64,000 bases of DNA from Macrostomum hystrix (Eukaryota > Animalia > Platyhelminthes), in the NCBI GenBank assembly GCA_950097015.1, contig CATNEN010000038.1, forward strand, positions 29,016,001 to 29,080,000. The letters are read 5' to 3'. Positions 49,235 to 61,600 of the stretch are shown here, piece after piece; position 1 is the stretch's first letter; every line of letters starts with the position of its first letter. The translations under genes and the position numbers were made by a program. The notes below the pieces were generated by a model. That model had not been told where the DNA came from and searched no databases. It was given only the letters and a program-made list of their open reading frames with translations.

Positions 49235-50060
49235 ACCTTTATTACCGCAGTTGATGCTGCTGTTGTTAAGGTGGAAGGCCTGTCCAACCTGTTTGCCACC
49301 TCGTCAGGAGTGCTGCAGGGCGACACGCTGGCCCCGTTCCTCTTCGTACTTCTCCTGGAGTGGGTGCTTCGGACTGCTCTCCCCTCGGCTGAAGACTGCT
49401 CTGCGCTCTTCCTGTTGCGCAGACGCATCGGTCGCCGCCACGATGAGAAGCGCCTCAGTGTGCTTGGCTATGCCGACGACCTCGCCCTCCTGTCTTTGAC
49501 AGGTTGGCTGAGGTGGCACCAAGCGTCGGCCTAGTGATCAACACGCTTAAGACCGAGGTGCTGACCGTGCCGGCCGACATTCCAGCGGACCTGACGTGCC
49601 GCGCGCAGACAGGCAGATCATCTCGCTCGCAAGCTGCCAGCGGTTCACTTACCTCGGTGGTCTGGTGCCCAACGTGGAAGACGACATCCGGCGGCGATAT
49701 GGTCGACCTACCGTTCGATCCAGGCCGTCCTCCAGTCCACAGCGCTGCCTGACCGCCAGAGCGCTCGGTTGTGGCAGGCGATGGTCGAGACCGTCCTGCT
49801 GTACAACGCCGGTGCACCATCCTGCGGTAGCGGCGACTTCGACTAGCGGGCAATGTTATTCGGGTCGAGAGCTACAGCCGCCAGCCCGCCCAGGACGTCC
49901 TGCTGCTCACCCTGCAGGGCCCCTTCAGGCGCGACCAGGTTCAGACCCGCCGCTACGTCGACTGCTTGCTGAGCGACGCCGTGGCGCCCGACACTGCCAC
50001 CGGCGCGGACCACGTTCGCGCGCTGGCTCTGCGGCGCGCCATCTGACGCTGCTTCCCTGG
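49235..50060 (+). mobile_element. Degenerate non-LTR retrotransposon RT fragment (RTE-like)
   Basis: SGVLQGDTLAPFLF, LGYADDLALL, GLVINTLKTE and FTYLG across frameshifts and deletions. Confidence 0.88.
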
Positions 50061-50080
50061 CTTTTGGGGCTGGCTTTGTA

Positions 50081-50350
50081 TGGGTTGTAGCCTAATGATA
50101 TCAGAGCGTTTGACTAACGACTTAAAGGTCGATAGTTCGATTCCCAACTTTAGACTATTCGTGTCAACTAGCAAGACACTTTAATCTGCATTACTTCAGT
50201 TTACCCAGCTGTCCAACGGGTACCAGCATTCGCTTGGGTGATGATTGAGGGTAGGTATTGGGCAGCAGTTCGCAGCCTTAAAAACAACGCGGTTGTGCTA
50301 GCTGTCTGTCGGATGCACATCAGGACAAATCAAGGGAGATATAATAAATA
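50081..50350 (+). mobile_element. tRNA-derived SINE family B
   Basis: gtagcctaatg A-box-like, agttcgattccc B box, gcaagacactt and cagtttacccagctgt...gggtacc body, taa-rich tail. Confidence 0.7.
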
Positions 50351-50571
50351 ATTAATTTTTATTTAAAATCTACGCATATAAATTTAGATCGTGTTTAAAA
50401 ATTGCAAAATTTAGAAAAATGCTTTTTTCCATGCTTACAATAAAGATTATACTACTCTACTTTAAATGCTACTTAAAGTAGTGCAACGCATTTAACTCTT
50501 ACTTTGTCCAAGTTGCTATAATAATATTACCCGTATTTAGAGATCGTTTAGAATGATGCTTAGATACTTGA

Positions 50572-51700
50572 AGGGGTGAGTGGCAGAGCGGTTAAAGTGC
50601 TCGCCTCTCGCAACAAGATCATTGAACTCGATTCCGCGGCGAAGCACATTCTATTGACAAACGCAGCCGCAGCCGCAGAGAGAATGCTCGGAGAGCTTGT
50701 TATGCAATTCATAGCCTTGAGGGCCAACCTCCAAGGCACAGTGAAAGTACACACTACCTGATGACGAGAAAGTAAGAGCAGATGTGCACACCTGTGTGAG
50801 CGTGTGCCTGTGTATGCCTGTGCGTGTCTGTGGTATCTGTATGGTATCTACGAGGTGCATTCAAAAAGTTATTTTCGGTCCTTTGGCATTGTTTTGTAAA
50901 TGACAAATAGAACAAATTTTTTTCAAATACTGCAAGTTAAGTTTATGGCCTAAACCTTCCTGCGTTTTTAAGCCTTAGCTGGTGACTACAAGCAATTTTT
51001 AAGCTACCCTTCTATTTCTTGGCCATGGCAGAATCTTTTTCAAAGCAAGACGTTCGGAGCTTGATGAAGTTCCAATTCCTGCAAGGAAAGAAACCTCCGG
51101 AGATGTTTAGAGAGCTGAGACGCGACTGACTTGCGAAGAGCTGTCAGAAGATGTCGGAGTGTCAGTTGGCAGTGTGCACACCATTCTGACAGAGCGTCTC
51201 AACCTGCAGAAGATATTCAGCAAGTGGGTGCCACACCTGCTGATAGGTGAGCAGAAGATGCAACGTGCTCTGGCCGCCACCAACCACTTGCGCCGTTTCC
51301 AGCGAGGAGAGAATTTTCTTTCGTCCGCCCTACTCGCCCGATTTGTCACCCTGTGACTTCTTCCTATTCCCATCTGTGAAGAAGCACCTTCGGGGCATTC
51401 GATTCGACAGCGTCGAGCACATCAAAGCTGCTTGCCAAGGTGCGGTGCGTGAAACGGACGCGAGAGGCGTGGGTACTGGAATCAGAGGTCTGGTGCATCG
51501 CTGGCAGAAGTGCAAGGACATTGGCGGTGAATATGTTGAGTGACCGAATGACATTAAATGACCAACCATGTTTTCATTGTTCCATACGTTTTTTGTTAAT
51601 TTTTGCTGAGCACCGAAAAGAACTTTTTGAATGCACCTCGTATAGCTGTTACTATCTGGTGTGCTATCGCCCGTAGCCCACCTGCAATAAATAATTATTA
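50572..51700 (+). mobile_element. SINE family A copy interrupted by a mariner element
   Basis: Head and core at 50572-50848; tail gtgctatcgcccgtagcccacctgcaataa resumes after 51642. Confidence 0.78.
50851..51640 (+). mobile_element. Internally deleted mariner (Tc1/mariner) transposon
   Basis: TIRs CGAGGTGCATTCAAAAAGTT / AACTTTTTGAATGCACCTCG, TA TSD, transposase remnants WVPHLL and PPYSPDLSPCDFFLF. Confidence 0.95.
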
Positions 51701-53200
51701 CTGATATATACTTAAAGCTATATTGAAGAGCAATAATACTACTGTCGACCTTCACAAGCTAACCAGTTAACTAGCTAATACATGCCAACAGCCAACTCGA
51801 AGTCTGATGCAGCGGTATTTTTTCCACAAACTTAAACTAAAAGCAGCAGCTGCTTCTGAGAATGCTCGTTCTTTAACCAGGGGCAGAGTTAAATGCCTAG
51901 TACAATGCGCACAGTGGAGTACAGGTAGGACATACTGAGAAAAGAATGCATTCTTAATTATGTACTCAGTTGTTCCAAGTCACTACACACGCGCGTGAAA
52001 ACGTAGTTGTTACGAATTCGAAAATTTCTTTATCTAATTATGAGAGCAGCTTAACATTTTTATCGCAGTACACAACAGCACGAAACGACTAAACTTCATT
52101 TGAAATTCCTTTTAATAACGACAAAACTCCACTTGATATTAGGACACGGCAAGCGATAGCCGAATCTTAGACTGCAGTAGACCCATTCTGTATCTAAATG
52201 TTATCGCTGGCCCTGACTATAGTCTTCTTATAAACTGGTTAGCGCATAAAAAGCAAGTCAGAGAATAATATTTGAATTCGTTCTGATCAGTTGTTCACCG
52301 CAAGCAATGGTTTTCAAAAAAACTGGTTATATTTATTATGGTGCTACTATCATAGAAAACATTTCCTTTTTAGGGATGCAGTAGCTTCTTTTCTATGACA
52401 ATGAAAGTGCAAAAAAATATAAAATACTCATTATCAAGTATTGAGATTGTTAAAGCTATGAAAAATTCGCTCTTAAAACTACGAGTAATGTAAATAACTG
52501 CATTTATAATATACCATAACGCTACTCAAAATCATTAATATATGCGTAATTTTTCTGGAGAATATAAATTTAGTAAGCAGTCGTGATATTAAAAGAAAAA
52601 CATGAAAAAAATTTTACCAGTTAAAATGAGAAAACAGAGTCGGCTACTTTCTATTATATATAAAAGGCCCAGTTTTACCGAAAATAAAATTAATTAATCG
52701 AGGCAAGATTACATAACCCTACAATTTCTTACTACAGGAAGTAATTTTTACTTACTTTCACAAGTCACTTGTAGGGACATTAATGTCATATAATATTATA
52801 TCTAGATCAATAAATTAACTAGCTATGACTAACAATAGAAAAAAACTACGTTTAGTGATGAAAATACTTTCGACAAAGTAGAAATGACCCCACCATTAGA
52901 CCACAAGTAGCTTAACCTCACAACTTTGTAATTATAACACATTGAATCGCACTGCTTTTTAAAAATGTAACTTCCAAAGTTAGTTTATCGTAAAGTGCGG
53001 AAAATTTAGATCCATATGATGGACTCAAAAATCGGTCATTCTGTTTGGGAGCTATACTGAAGTAGGCAGTGGGTATTTTAAATAGCCCGTGATCTTTCTC
53101 AGGGAAATAATAGCGAGGTCTTTCTACTGTTAAGCAAACAACTGAAGTGTTAATAAAAAGCCTCCGGCAAATAGTGTGTTTGAATTAATTAGCTGAATCA

Positions 53201-54352
53201 TTACTTGGTCTTGGAGCTGGAACTCTTTCCAGCCAGAGTGCGCGAATCGTTGTAGAACCAAATGTAGAGATTGAGAGTGGCAGCCAGGCACATCCAGCCC
53301 AGGTAGGGCAGCATCAGCTTGCCAGCCAGAGGATTAATTGAAGAAAATTCGCGAGCACATGCAACCACAAGGCCCAGGGTGCCAAGCAGGTCAATACTGG
53401 CTAGGCCGACCCTGCGTGATTGTTAAAAATGTGTCAGCCACTGCGCGGTGCTTTCAATGGCTTTGTGTACCGGCTGTCAGTCCATGGACTGGGGAAGCCG
53501 CCACAAGTTTAACTTTCTACCCCAGCTAATCCGTGAACCGATTTCGCAGTTGGATAAACTGAAACGTTCTTGACCCAATGAGTTTATATTTTTATATTAA
53601 ACTGAAGGCAGCTGGACCGCATAATGCAGCCTTTTGGTATGTAGACTACAACAGAGACAATAATAATGATAATTGCAGGAGGGCTGCGGGCAATTGCCCA
53701 CCATTCAGTGACACTAGACCCGCAGCCAGCGAGGAGGCTGTTCTGCCCTGAAGCACACGGCCACACGTACACAGATACGGTACGCAGGCACACGCTCACA
53801 CAGGTGTGTACAACTGCCCTGACTTTCTTATCGTCAGTGTACACTGTCACTGTGCCTTGGAGGTTGGCCCTCAAGGGCGTAAATTGCACGACAAGCACCC
53901 TGCGCCCCAAATGAATGTGGCCTCGCCGCGGAATCGAGCTCAGGGACCTTGGAGAGGCAAAGCGAGAGGCAAATGCGTTAACCGCTCTGCCACTCACCCT
54001 CCTGTTACCACACAAAAAAGATAAACTCGTAACAAACACAAATTTACCTGTGAGCACCAAAGAACATTGGCGTCCAAGCCCAATTGAGAGCCAGCTGAGC
54101 ACCGTACAGGTACATTGCCTTGTTCTGCAGTCCGACCTCTTTGTAAACTAGCCAACTGGCGTAGCCCATGCCTGTGTACAAGGCAGTCCAGACTGGTCCG
54201 AAAGCCCACTCAGGTGGATTCCAGGGCGCTTTGACTAGACTGCGATACCAAGTCGGTATCTGGGGCCGGGTTATGAAAGCGCCGGACAGGCCGCCCACAT
54301 GCGGCAGAGCAACAAAAGCTGCCGGCTTGAGGAAGTCGATAAGTGGCGACAT
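53201..54352 (-). CDS. TSPO: Translocator protein TspO/MBR, copy B (171 aa)
   Basis: Exons 54352-54048 and 53411-53201 (phase 2). WYRSLVKAPWNPPEWAFGPVWTALYTGMGYASW, QLALNWAWTPMFFG, LMLPYLGW. Confidence 0.95.
53660..54000 (-). mobile_element. SINE family A copy in TSPO-B intron
   Basis: Near full-length reverse-complement copy (ttgcaggagggctgcgggc...gaatcgagctcagggaccttgg...accgctctgccactcaccc). Confidence 0.88.
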
Positions 54353-54409
54353 TGTGTGGAAAATTCAGCTGGAAAAAAGTGCACAAATAAGGAATAGAAA
54401 ATATTTTTG

Positions 54410-55880
54410 ATCCGGAATTCTAAGGATATCGAACTCTAAATGAGAATCTAGTAAGGATACGGAACTCAAACTCAGGATTTAGTAAGGATACGGAACTCAA
54501 ACTGAGGATCTAGTTAGGATACGGAACTCTAAATGAGAATCTAGTAAGGATACGGAACTCAAACTCAGGATTTAGTAAGGATACGGAACTCAAACTGAGG
54601 ATCTAGTTAGGATACGGAACTCTAAATGAGAATCTAGTAAGGATACAGAACTCAAACTGAGAATCTAGTAAGGATACGGAACTCAAACTCAGGATTTAGT
54701 AAGGATACAGAACTCAAACTGAGGATTTAGTAAGGATACGGAACTCAAACTCAGGATTTAGTAAGGATACGGAACTCAAACTCAGGATTTAGTAAGGATA
54801 CAGAACTCAAACTGAGGATCTAGTAAGGATACGGAACTCAAACTGAGGATTTAGTAAGGATACGGAACTCAAACTGAGGATCTAGTAAGGATACGGAACT
54901 CAAACTGAGGATCTAGTAAGGATACGGAACTCTAAATGAGAATCTAGTAAGGATACGGAACTCAAACTCAGGATTTAGTAAGGATACGGAACTCAAACTC
55001 AGGATTTAGTAAGGTACAGAACTCAAACTGAGGATCTAGTAAGGATACGGAACTCAAACTGAGGATCTAGTAAGGATACGGAACTCAAACTGAGAATCTA
55101 GTAAGGATACGGAACTCAAACTCAGGATTTAGTAAGGATACGGAACTCAAACTGAGAATCTAGTAAGGATACAGAACTCAAACTCAGGATTTAGTAAGGA
55201 TACGGAACTCAAACTCAGGATTTAGTAAGGATACGGAACTCAAACTGAGGATCTAGTAAGGATACGGAACTCTAAATGAGAATCTAGTAAGGATACGGAA
55301 CTCAAACTCAGGATTTAGTAAGGATACGGAACTCAAACTCAGGATTTAGTAAGGTACAGAACTCAAACTGAGGATCTAGTAAGGATACGGAACTCAAACT
55401 GAGGATCTAGTAAGGATACGGAACTCAAACTGAGAATCTAGTAAGGATACGGAACTCAAACTCAGGATTTAGTAAGGATACGGAACTCAAACTCAGGATT
55501 TAGTAAGGATACAGAACTCAAACTGAGGATCTAGTAAGGATACGGAACTCAAACTGAGGATTTAGTAAGGATACGGAACTCAAACTCAGGATTTAGTAAG
55601 GATACGGAACTCAAACTGAGGATCTAGTAAGGATACGGAACTCAAACTCAGGATTTAGTAAGGTACAGAACTCAAACTGAGGATCTAGTAAGGATACGGA
55701 ACTCAAACTGAGGATCTAGTAAGGATACGGAATTCAAACTGAGGATCTAGTAAGGATACGGAACTCAAACTGAGGATCTAGTAAGGATACGGAACTCAAA
55801 CTGAGGATCTAGTAAGGATACAGAACTCAAACTGAGGGTCTAGAAGCATATGAAATCCAAATTAAGGATCTAGAAGCACA
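54410..55880. repeat. 31-bp minisatellite (GGATCTAGTAAGGATACGGAACTCAAACTGA) between the TSPO genes
   Basis: About 47 units with degenerate edges. Confidence 0.97.
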
Positions 55881-56327
55881 TTGAACTTTATAAGAGCAAG
55901 TAAAGCAAATTATAACAATTAAAATGTTTTAGTAAAAATGGATATAAATATTGTATTTTGTTCAAAAGGATATACACAATTAGATTTCACGAAATAGAAA
56001 CGAAATATAATCGCGGCTTTTCTAGTTGCAATAAGAAGGCACGTTTAAAATTTCTCAGACTTCAAAAAAGTAGTCTATTTAAAAAATTCCTTGCTCAAAG
56101 CATGAAAAGTTTAATAGAAGTAATATTACTAAGGGCAAATTTAAATATCTAATCTGAAATGGAATAGTAGAAAATCTGATCGATTAAAAAAAGAAAATTT
56201 ATTCGAAAAATTGCGAAACCTTAGCGAAATCGAAACGAATATAAAAAATCAACTACTACTCCATCAAGAGCAGTAAACAGAGTCAGAACAATTTGTCTCC
56301 TAAGAATAGTTAACGTAGGTTCTGACA

Positions 56328-58680
56328 TCAATCACCGCGCAGAGTCTTGGCATCGTTAAACAGCCACACGTAGATATTGATTGACAAGGCCAAGCAGAGC
56401 CAGGTAAGGTATGGTAGCATCAGACGATAAGCTGTCTGGCTGATTGGCCAGAACTCGTTAGCACACATAAAAGCAACACCGAGCATGGCAATCAAGTCCA
56501 GAGCGGCGAGACCGATTCTGCGATAGAATAGTGATTTTTGTAGCCGGTTATTACAGGTAAAGGTGCTAAAGTCAATTAAATAGCTAATCCGGTTCAAAAA
56601 GCTACTTAACACTGTCCCACTGTCTGCTTTATATCTGCAGTCCATATCTCACGCGTCACACCTCTGCAGTGTCTCGTATCTCATGTGTCTCATATCTGCA
56701 GTTTCTCACATCTCGTGTGTATCACCTCTGTAGTTTCTCAACTCTGCAGTATCTCGTATCTCACGCGTCACACGTCTGCAGTGTCTCGTATCTCATGTGT
56801 CTCATATCTGCAGTTTCTCACATCTCATGTGTATCACCTCGGTAGCGTCTCGTATCTCGTGTCTCACATCTGCAGTGTCTCGAATCTCATGTGTCTCACA
56901 TCTGCAGTGTCTCGAATCTCATGTTTCTCACCTCTGCAGCGTCTCGTATCTCGTGTCTCACATCTGCAGTGTCTCGAATCTCATGTGTCTCACATCTGCA
57001 GTGTCTCGAATCTCATGTTTCTCACCTCTGCAGCGTCTCGTATCTCGTGTCTCACATCTGCAGTGTCCCGAATCTCATGTGTCTCACCTCTGCAGCGTCT
57101 CGTATCTCGTGTCTCACATCTGCAGTGTCTCGAATCTCATGTGTCTCACATCTGCAGTGTCTCGAATCTCATGTTTCTCACCTCTGCAGCGTCTCGTATC
57201 TCGTGTCTCACATCTGCAGTGTCTCGAATCTCATGTGTCTCACCTCTGCAGCGTCTCGTATCTCGTGTCTCACATCTGCAGTGTCTCGAATCTCATGTGT
57301 CTCACATCTGCAGTGTCTCGAATCTCATGTTTCTCACCTCTGCAGTGTCTCGAATCTCATGTGTCTCACATCTGCAGTGTCTCGAATCTCATGTGTCTCA
57401 CATCTGCAGTGTCTCGAATCTCATGTGTCTCACATCTGCAGTGTCTCGAATCTCATGTGTCTCACATCTGCAGTGTCTCGAATCTCATGTGTCTCACATC
57501 TGCAGTGTCTCGAATCTCATGTGTCTCACATCTGCAGTGTCTCGAATCTCATGTGTCTCACATCTGCAGTGTCTCGAATCTCATGTGTCTCACATCTGCA
57601 GTGTCTCGAATCTCATGTGTCTCACATCTGCAGTGTCTCGAATCTCATGTGTCTCACATCTGCAGTGTCTCGAATCTCATGTTTCTCACCTCTGCAGCGT
57701 CTCGTATCTCGTGTCTCACATCTGCAGTGTCTCGAATCTCATGTGTCTCACCTCTGCAGTGTCTCGAATCTCATGTGTCTCACATCTGCAGTGTCTCGAA
57801 TCTCATGTTTCTCACCTCTGCAGCGTCTCGTATCTCGTGTCTCACATCTGCAGTGTCTCGAATCTCATGTGTCTCACATCTGCAGTGTCTCGAATCTCAT
57901 GTGTCTCACATCTGCAGTGTCTCGAATCTCATGTGTCTCACATCTGCAGTGTCTCGAATCTCATGTTTCTCACCTCTGCAGCGTCTCGTATCTCGTGTCT
58001 CACATCTGCAGTGTCTCGAATCTCATGTGTCTCACCTCTGCAGTGTCTCGAATCTCATGTGTCTCACATCTGCAGTGTCTCGAATCTCATGTTTCTCACC
58101 TCTGCAGCGTCTCGTATCTCGTGTCTCACATCTGCAGTGTCTCGAATCTCATGTGTCGCACATCTGCAATGTCTTAACTTTCACGCGTTTTAACCTACAT
58201 GCAAATAAACCGCATGTGTCTCATCTTATACATAAATTTACGAGCCTATGTGTCTCATCTCTCAAGTATCTCACCCTTAAATATTTCTCAGCTCTCTTGA
58301 GTCACATCTATCAATTCTATAGATCCGTCTATCGTAATTAGTTTTCTATGCCAAACTCACTTATGCGCATTGAAGAACAATGGCGACCAGATCCAGTTCA
58401 AGGCTAGCTGAGCGCCAAACAAGTACAGCGGCTTGCACTGCAGTGTGCCAACCTCCTTGTACACAAGCCAACTAGCGTAACCCATACCGGTGTACAAAGC
58501 TGTCCACACTGGGGCAAACAGCCAGTTTGGCGGCGTCCATGGAGGCCTGCGAAGGCGGCGATACCAAACTGGGATCTCATTGCGAGTGCTGATAGCACCT
58601 AGCAGGCCGCCAACATGCGGCGCAATGACAAATGCTGCTGGTTTTAGTAGGCCAGACAGGTTGGCTAGCAATTGACTCAT
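56328..58680 (-). CDS. TSPO: Translocator protein TspO/MBR, copy A (169 aa)
   Basis: Exons 58680-58361 and 56517-56328 (phase 2, same intron position as copy B). WYRRLRRPPWTPPNWLFAPVWTALYTGMGYASW, QLALNWIWSPLFF, LMLPYLTW. Confidence 0.95.
56640..58180. repeat. 32/30-bp minisatellite (TCTCACATCTGCAGTGTCTCGAATCTCATGTG) filling the TSPO-A intron
   Basis: Tandem units with recurring 30-bp variants; source of three stop-free spurious ORFs. Confidence 0.97.
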
Positions 58681-61600
58681 GGCTAACTAGCTGCGGGTGT
58701 AAATTAGCTATAAAACATTTTTTTTCTTCAGAAACCATCTGTCATAAATGATGACACCTGGCCCAATTCGGCCCGGAAGTATTGCAGAATGCATCTGAAA
58801 ACTCCATACTATTTTTTTAATCCATGGACTGTGGAAAGGAGCGTCAAAGAGAATTTTGCTAAGGCAAAGAAGCACTCCTGCACTGTCCAACCTGACCAAA
58901 GCCACTAAGTGATGTTCCAAAACTTCAATCTTGATTTCAATATTCCAGTCGAAATCAAACACAAATGTACTTAAGCCTATTTCAGTTTAAATTAACTATT
59001 TGTTAGTCAAAGACAAAAAGACTTAGTAATACAACAGATGTAATACCTCCATGTGGAGGGAAGAGGCCAAGAGTATCCTTGCCTGTGCCACAAGGGTGAC
59101 AAAATATTCTACTGGAGACACTCCTGGCCAAACTGGCAAGAAGGCTGAGAAGCCTTCAGAATTGGTTGCACCAGCCAAGTCATCTAGACCTGCATAGCCA
59201 CCTGGTGTACCACCTGCCACACCAGCTGGTTAAAACCTGCCTTCTAGCCACACTGCCTGCACTATCTGGCCAACTTCAGCAAGAGACAGGCGACTTATAT
59301 GAGAAGCTAAAATATTTAATGCAGCAGTACCTTCTCAGAATGGCATATCTGTGCTTTGATGAGCTTTTGCCACAAAGGTTGCAAGTGGGGACAACATTGA
59401 AGGCTTTGTGGGAAAACTATGCATCCAAGAAGAACATGAAGAAGTCTAGGACATAGCTGTGATACTGCATTGGTTTATTCAAGCCAACCAGAAGCCCACT
59501 TAGTGTATCTAAGTCATCTTTGATGGAAGTTCATGACTGACAGGCAAAACCCATAACCTTTTTTTATTTTTATTCTAACATAGACAAGCTACATATAAAA
59601 AAAAGTCTATAAAAGTTCTCTTAGATATAAATAAAATAAAAAAAGTTGATTAAATGATCTTATGAAGTATGGTTTGCTTTGCCAATTCTAAGAGCATGAA
59701 TAAAGATATCACACATTTTAGCACTAGATATTAGGCTTTGGTGCAAAGAAGAAAAACTTGTTTTGCAAAGAATAAATAATATATAAAAACTTATGGAAAA
59801 CATTCTATTTTAGATGGGCCATGATACAGATTTTGGATTTTGCCTAGTCATAGATATATATTATTTATTTATTTATTTGTTTAACTACTTAGCAAGCAAT
59901 CCACATTGATTGGCATTAATAATAATGCAATAGGGCTCCAAGCTAATGTATTCAAATAATTAAAATACTAGGCCCTATACTGTATTCAAACCTGTATAAG
60001 TTATTTTAATACATAAACTTACGGATTTTATTCTACTGAATTCAAAATGGTGCCAATATCATTTAACTACTACACTTGTTTAAATGTGAAAAATAATATT
60101 TAATATTCTATATTTCAATTTTAGGCTTTGTTAAATTAAATTTAATTAGACAAGAGTGTATGAAAGAATAATCAACAATATACATTTAACCTGCTCTTGT
60201 ATAAAAGGCAATTAACAGAGCAGTGAAACATTTAATATACAGTCAGTTCAAGAGTTTGTTATTTAGCCATGACACTTTCAGTGACACTAAAATTAAAGTC
60301 ACATGAAGTGTGTCACTCACTCTTGTTATTAGAAGCCCAGAAAGACTTGGGACTAAACCAAGACTCAGTGCCTTGTTTGCAATAAAGCACTTAAAGAAAA
60401 TGAGAATCAAACTGCTAAGATCATGGTCCCAGCATAATACTGCAGTAGGCCTATTCAACCTGCTATACTATGATTAAGAGAAACAATAAACTTAGTAGGG
60501 CCTAGTTTATTGAAAATAAACCTTTCCACAATGATGGTAAAACTGTAATTGGATATTATAATGTAAGATAAACATAATAATGTAACATAATAAAAAATTA
60601 GCTAGGCCTAAAAATTGTGAACCACTAGAACATAAGAACACATTGATTGATCAGAAGTTAGTAATAAGAGATCTGACAACAACTTTGTTGGCACTAATAT
60701 GATAAAAGAACTTATATAAAATTAGGTCTACAACAAGTTTGGTGGCATTAGTGAAATTAAAATCACTAAGCCACATAAATAGAGAGAAGACCCACAACAA
60801 TAATATTGTTTCAACTAGGCCAATAATAAAAGTAAACTACAATATTTTTGGAGAACCTAAAGAATAACTGTTGACTTGTCAATAGACAAAGTTTATAGAG
60901 AACTATATTTTGGGCACATAAAACACTATAGGCCTATATTTACACTGTCTCAACGAATCGTCTCAACGAATCGAAATTTAAATGTACACTAAAAAGTGAG
61001 TGGTGTGAGCTTTGATGAATGAAGTAGGCCTAGGCCTAATAGAAAATATTAAGTTTTGCCTAATAAATAATAATGTTGCTTAAGTTCGCAGTAGCTGTGC
61101 AAGGTAGATACACTAAAGTAGTTTGGCAAGGTAGCAGGTTGCACAGGGCTGCGTTGTGCGCTACCGCCGCTACGCTATCTACGATTAAGAAATGCAGCTA
61201 ATTTGTATTCGAACGATAGTAGGCCTAGTAGCAAAGAAAGTAGGCTAAGAAAGTATTTGGCTCAGGCTAAGTGCATGTTTGGCCAATACATTGCGAATGT
61301 ATTTTGCACGTGTAAATTTGTTTAATATGCGTACAGTAGCGAGTAGAATTAAAAATAGCTGTCGTATGCTAGGAAAACTATATAAGGTATACATAACTAA
61401 TCGTATCTTTAGCGTATTTACTATTTTTGGAATAATTATTATCGAAAAGGATAACAATATGTATTGTTTAAACTGGCGCGTAACACTACAGACTGCCTTT
61501 TCATAAGTAAAGCAAATGTTTTTTGAAGTGATTCAGTTGTGATTTTTAAATAATATTTCTTTATTGTTACGCAAACATTAAAAAACAATAAATCTGATGT

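Noticed and set aside
56685-58341. Three long ORFs (428-514 aa) rich in Cys/Ser/His
   Set aside because: Stop-free translation of a 32-bp minisatellite within the TSPO-A intron on the opposite strand.
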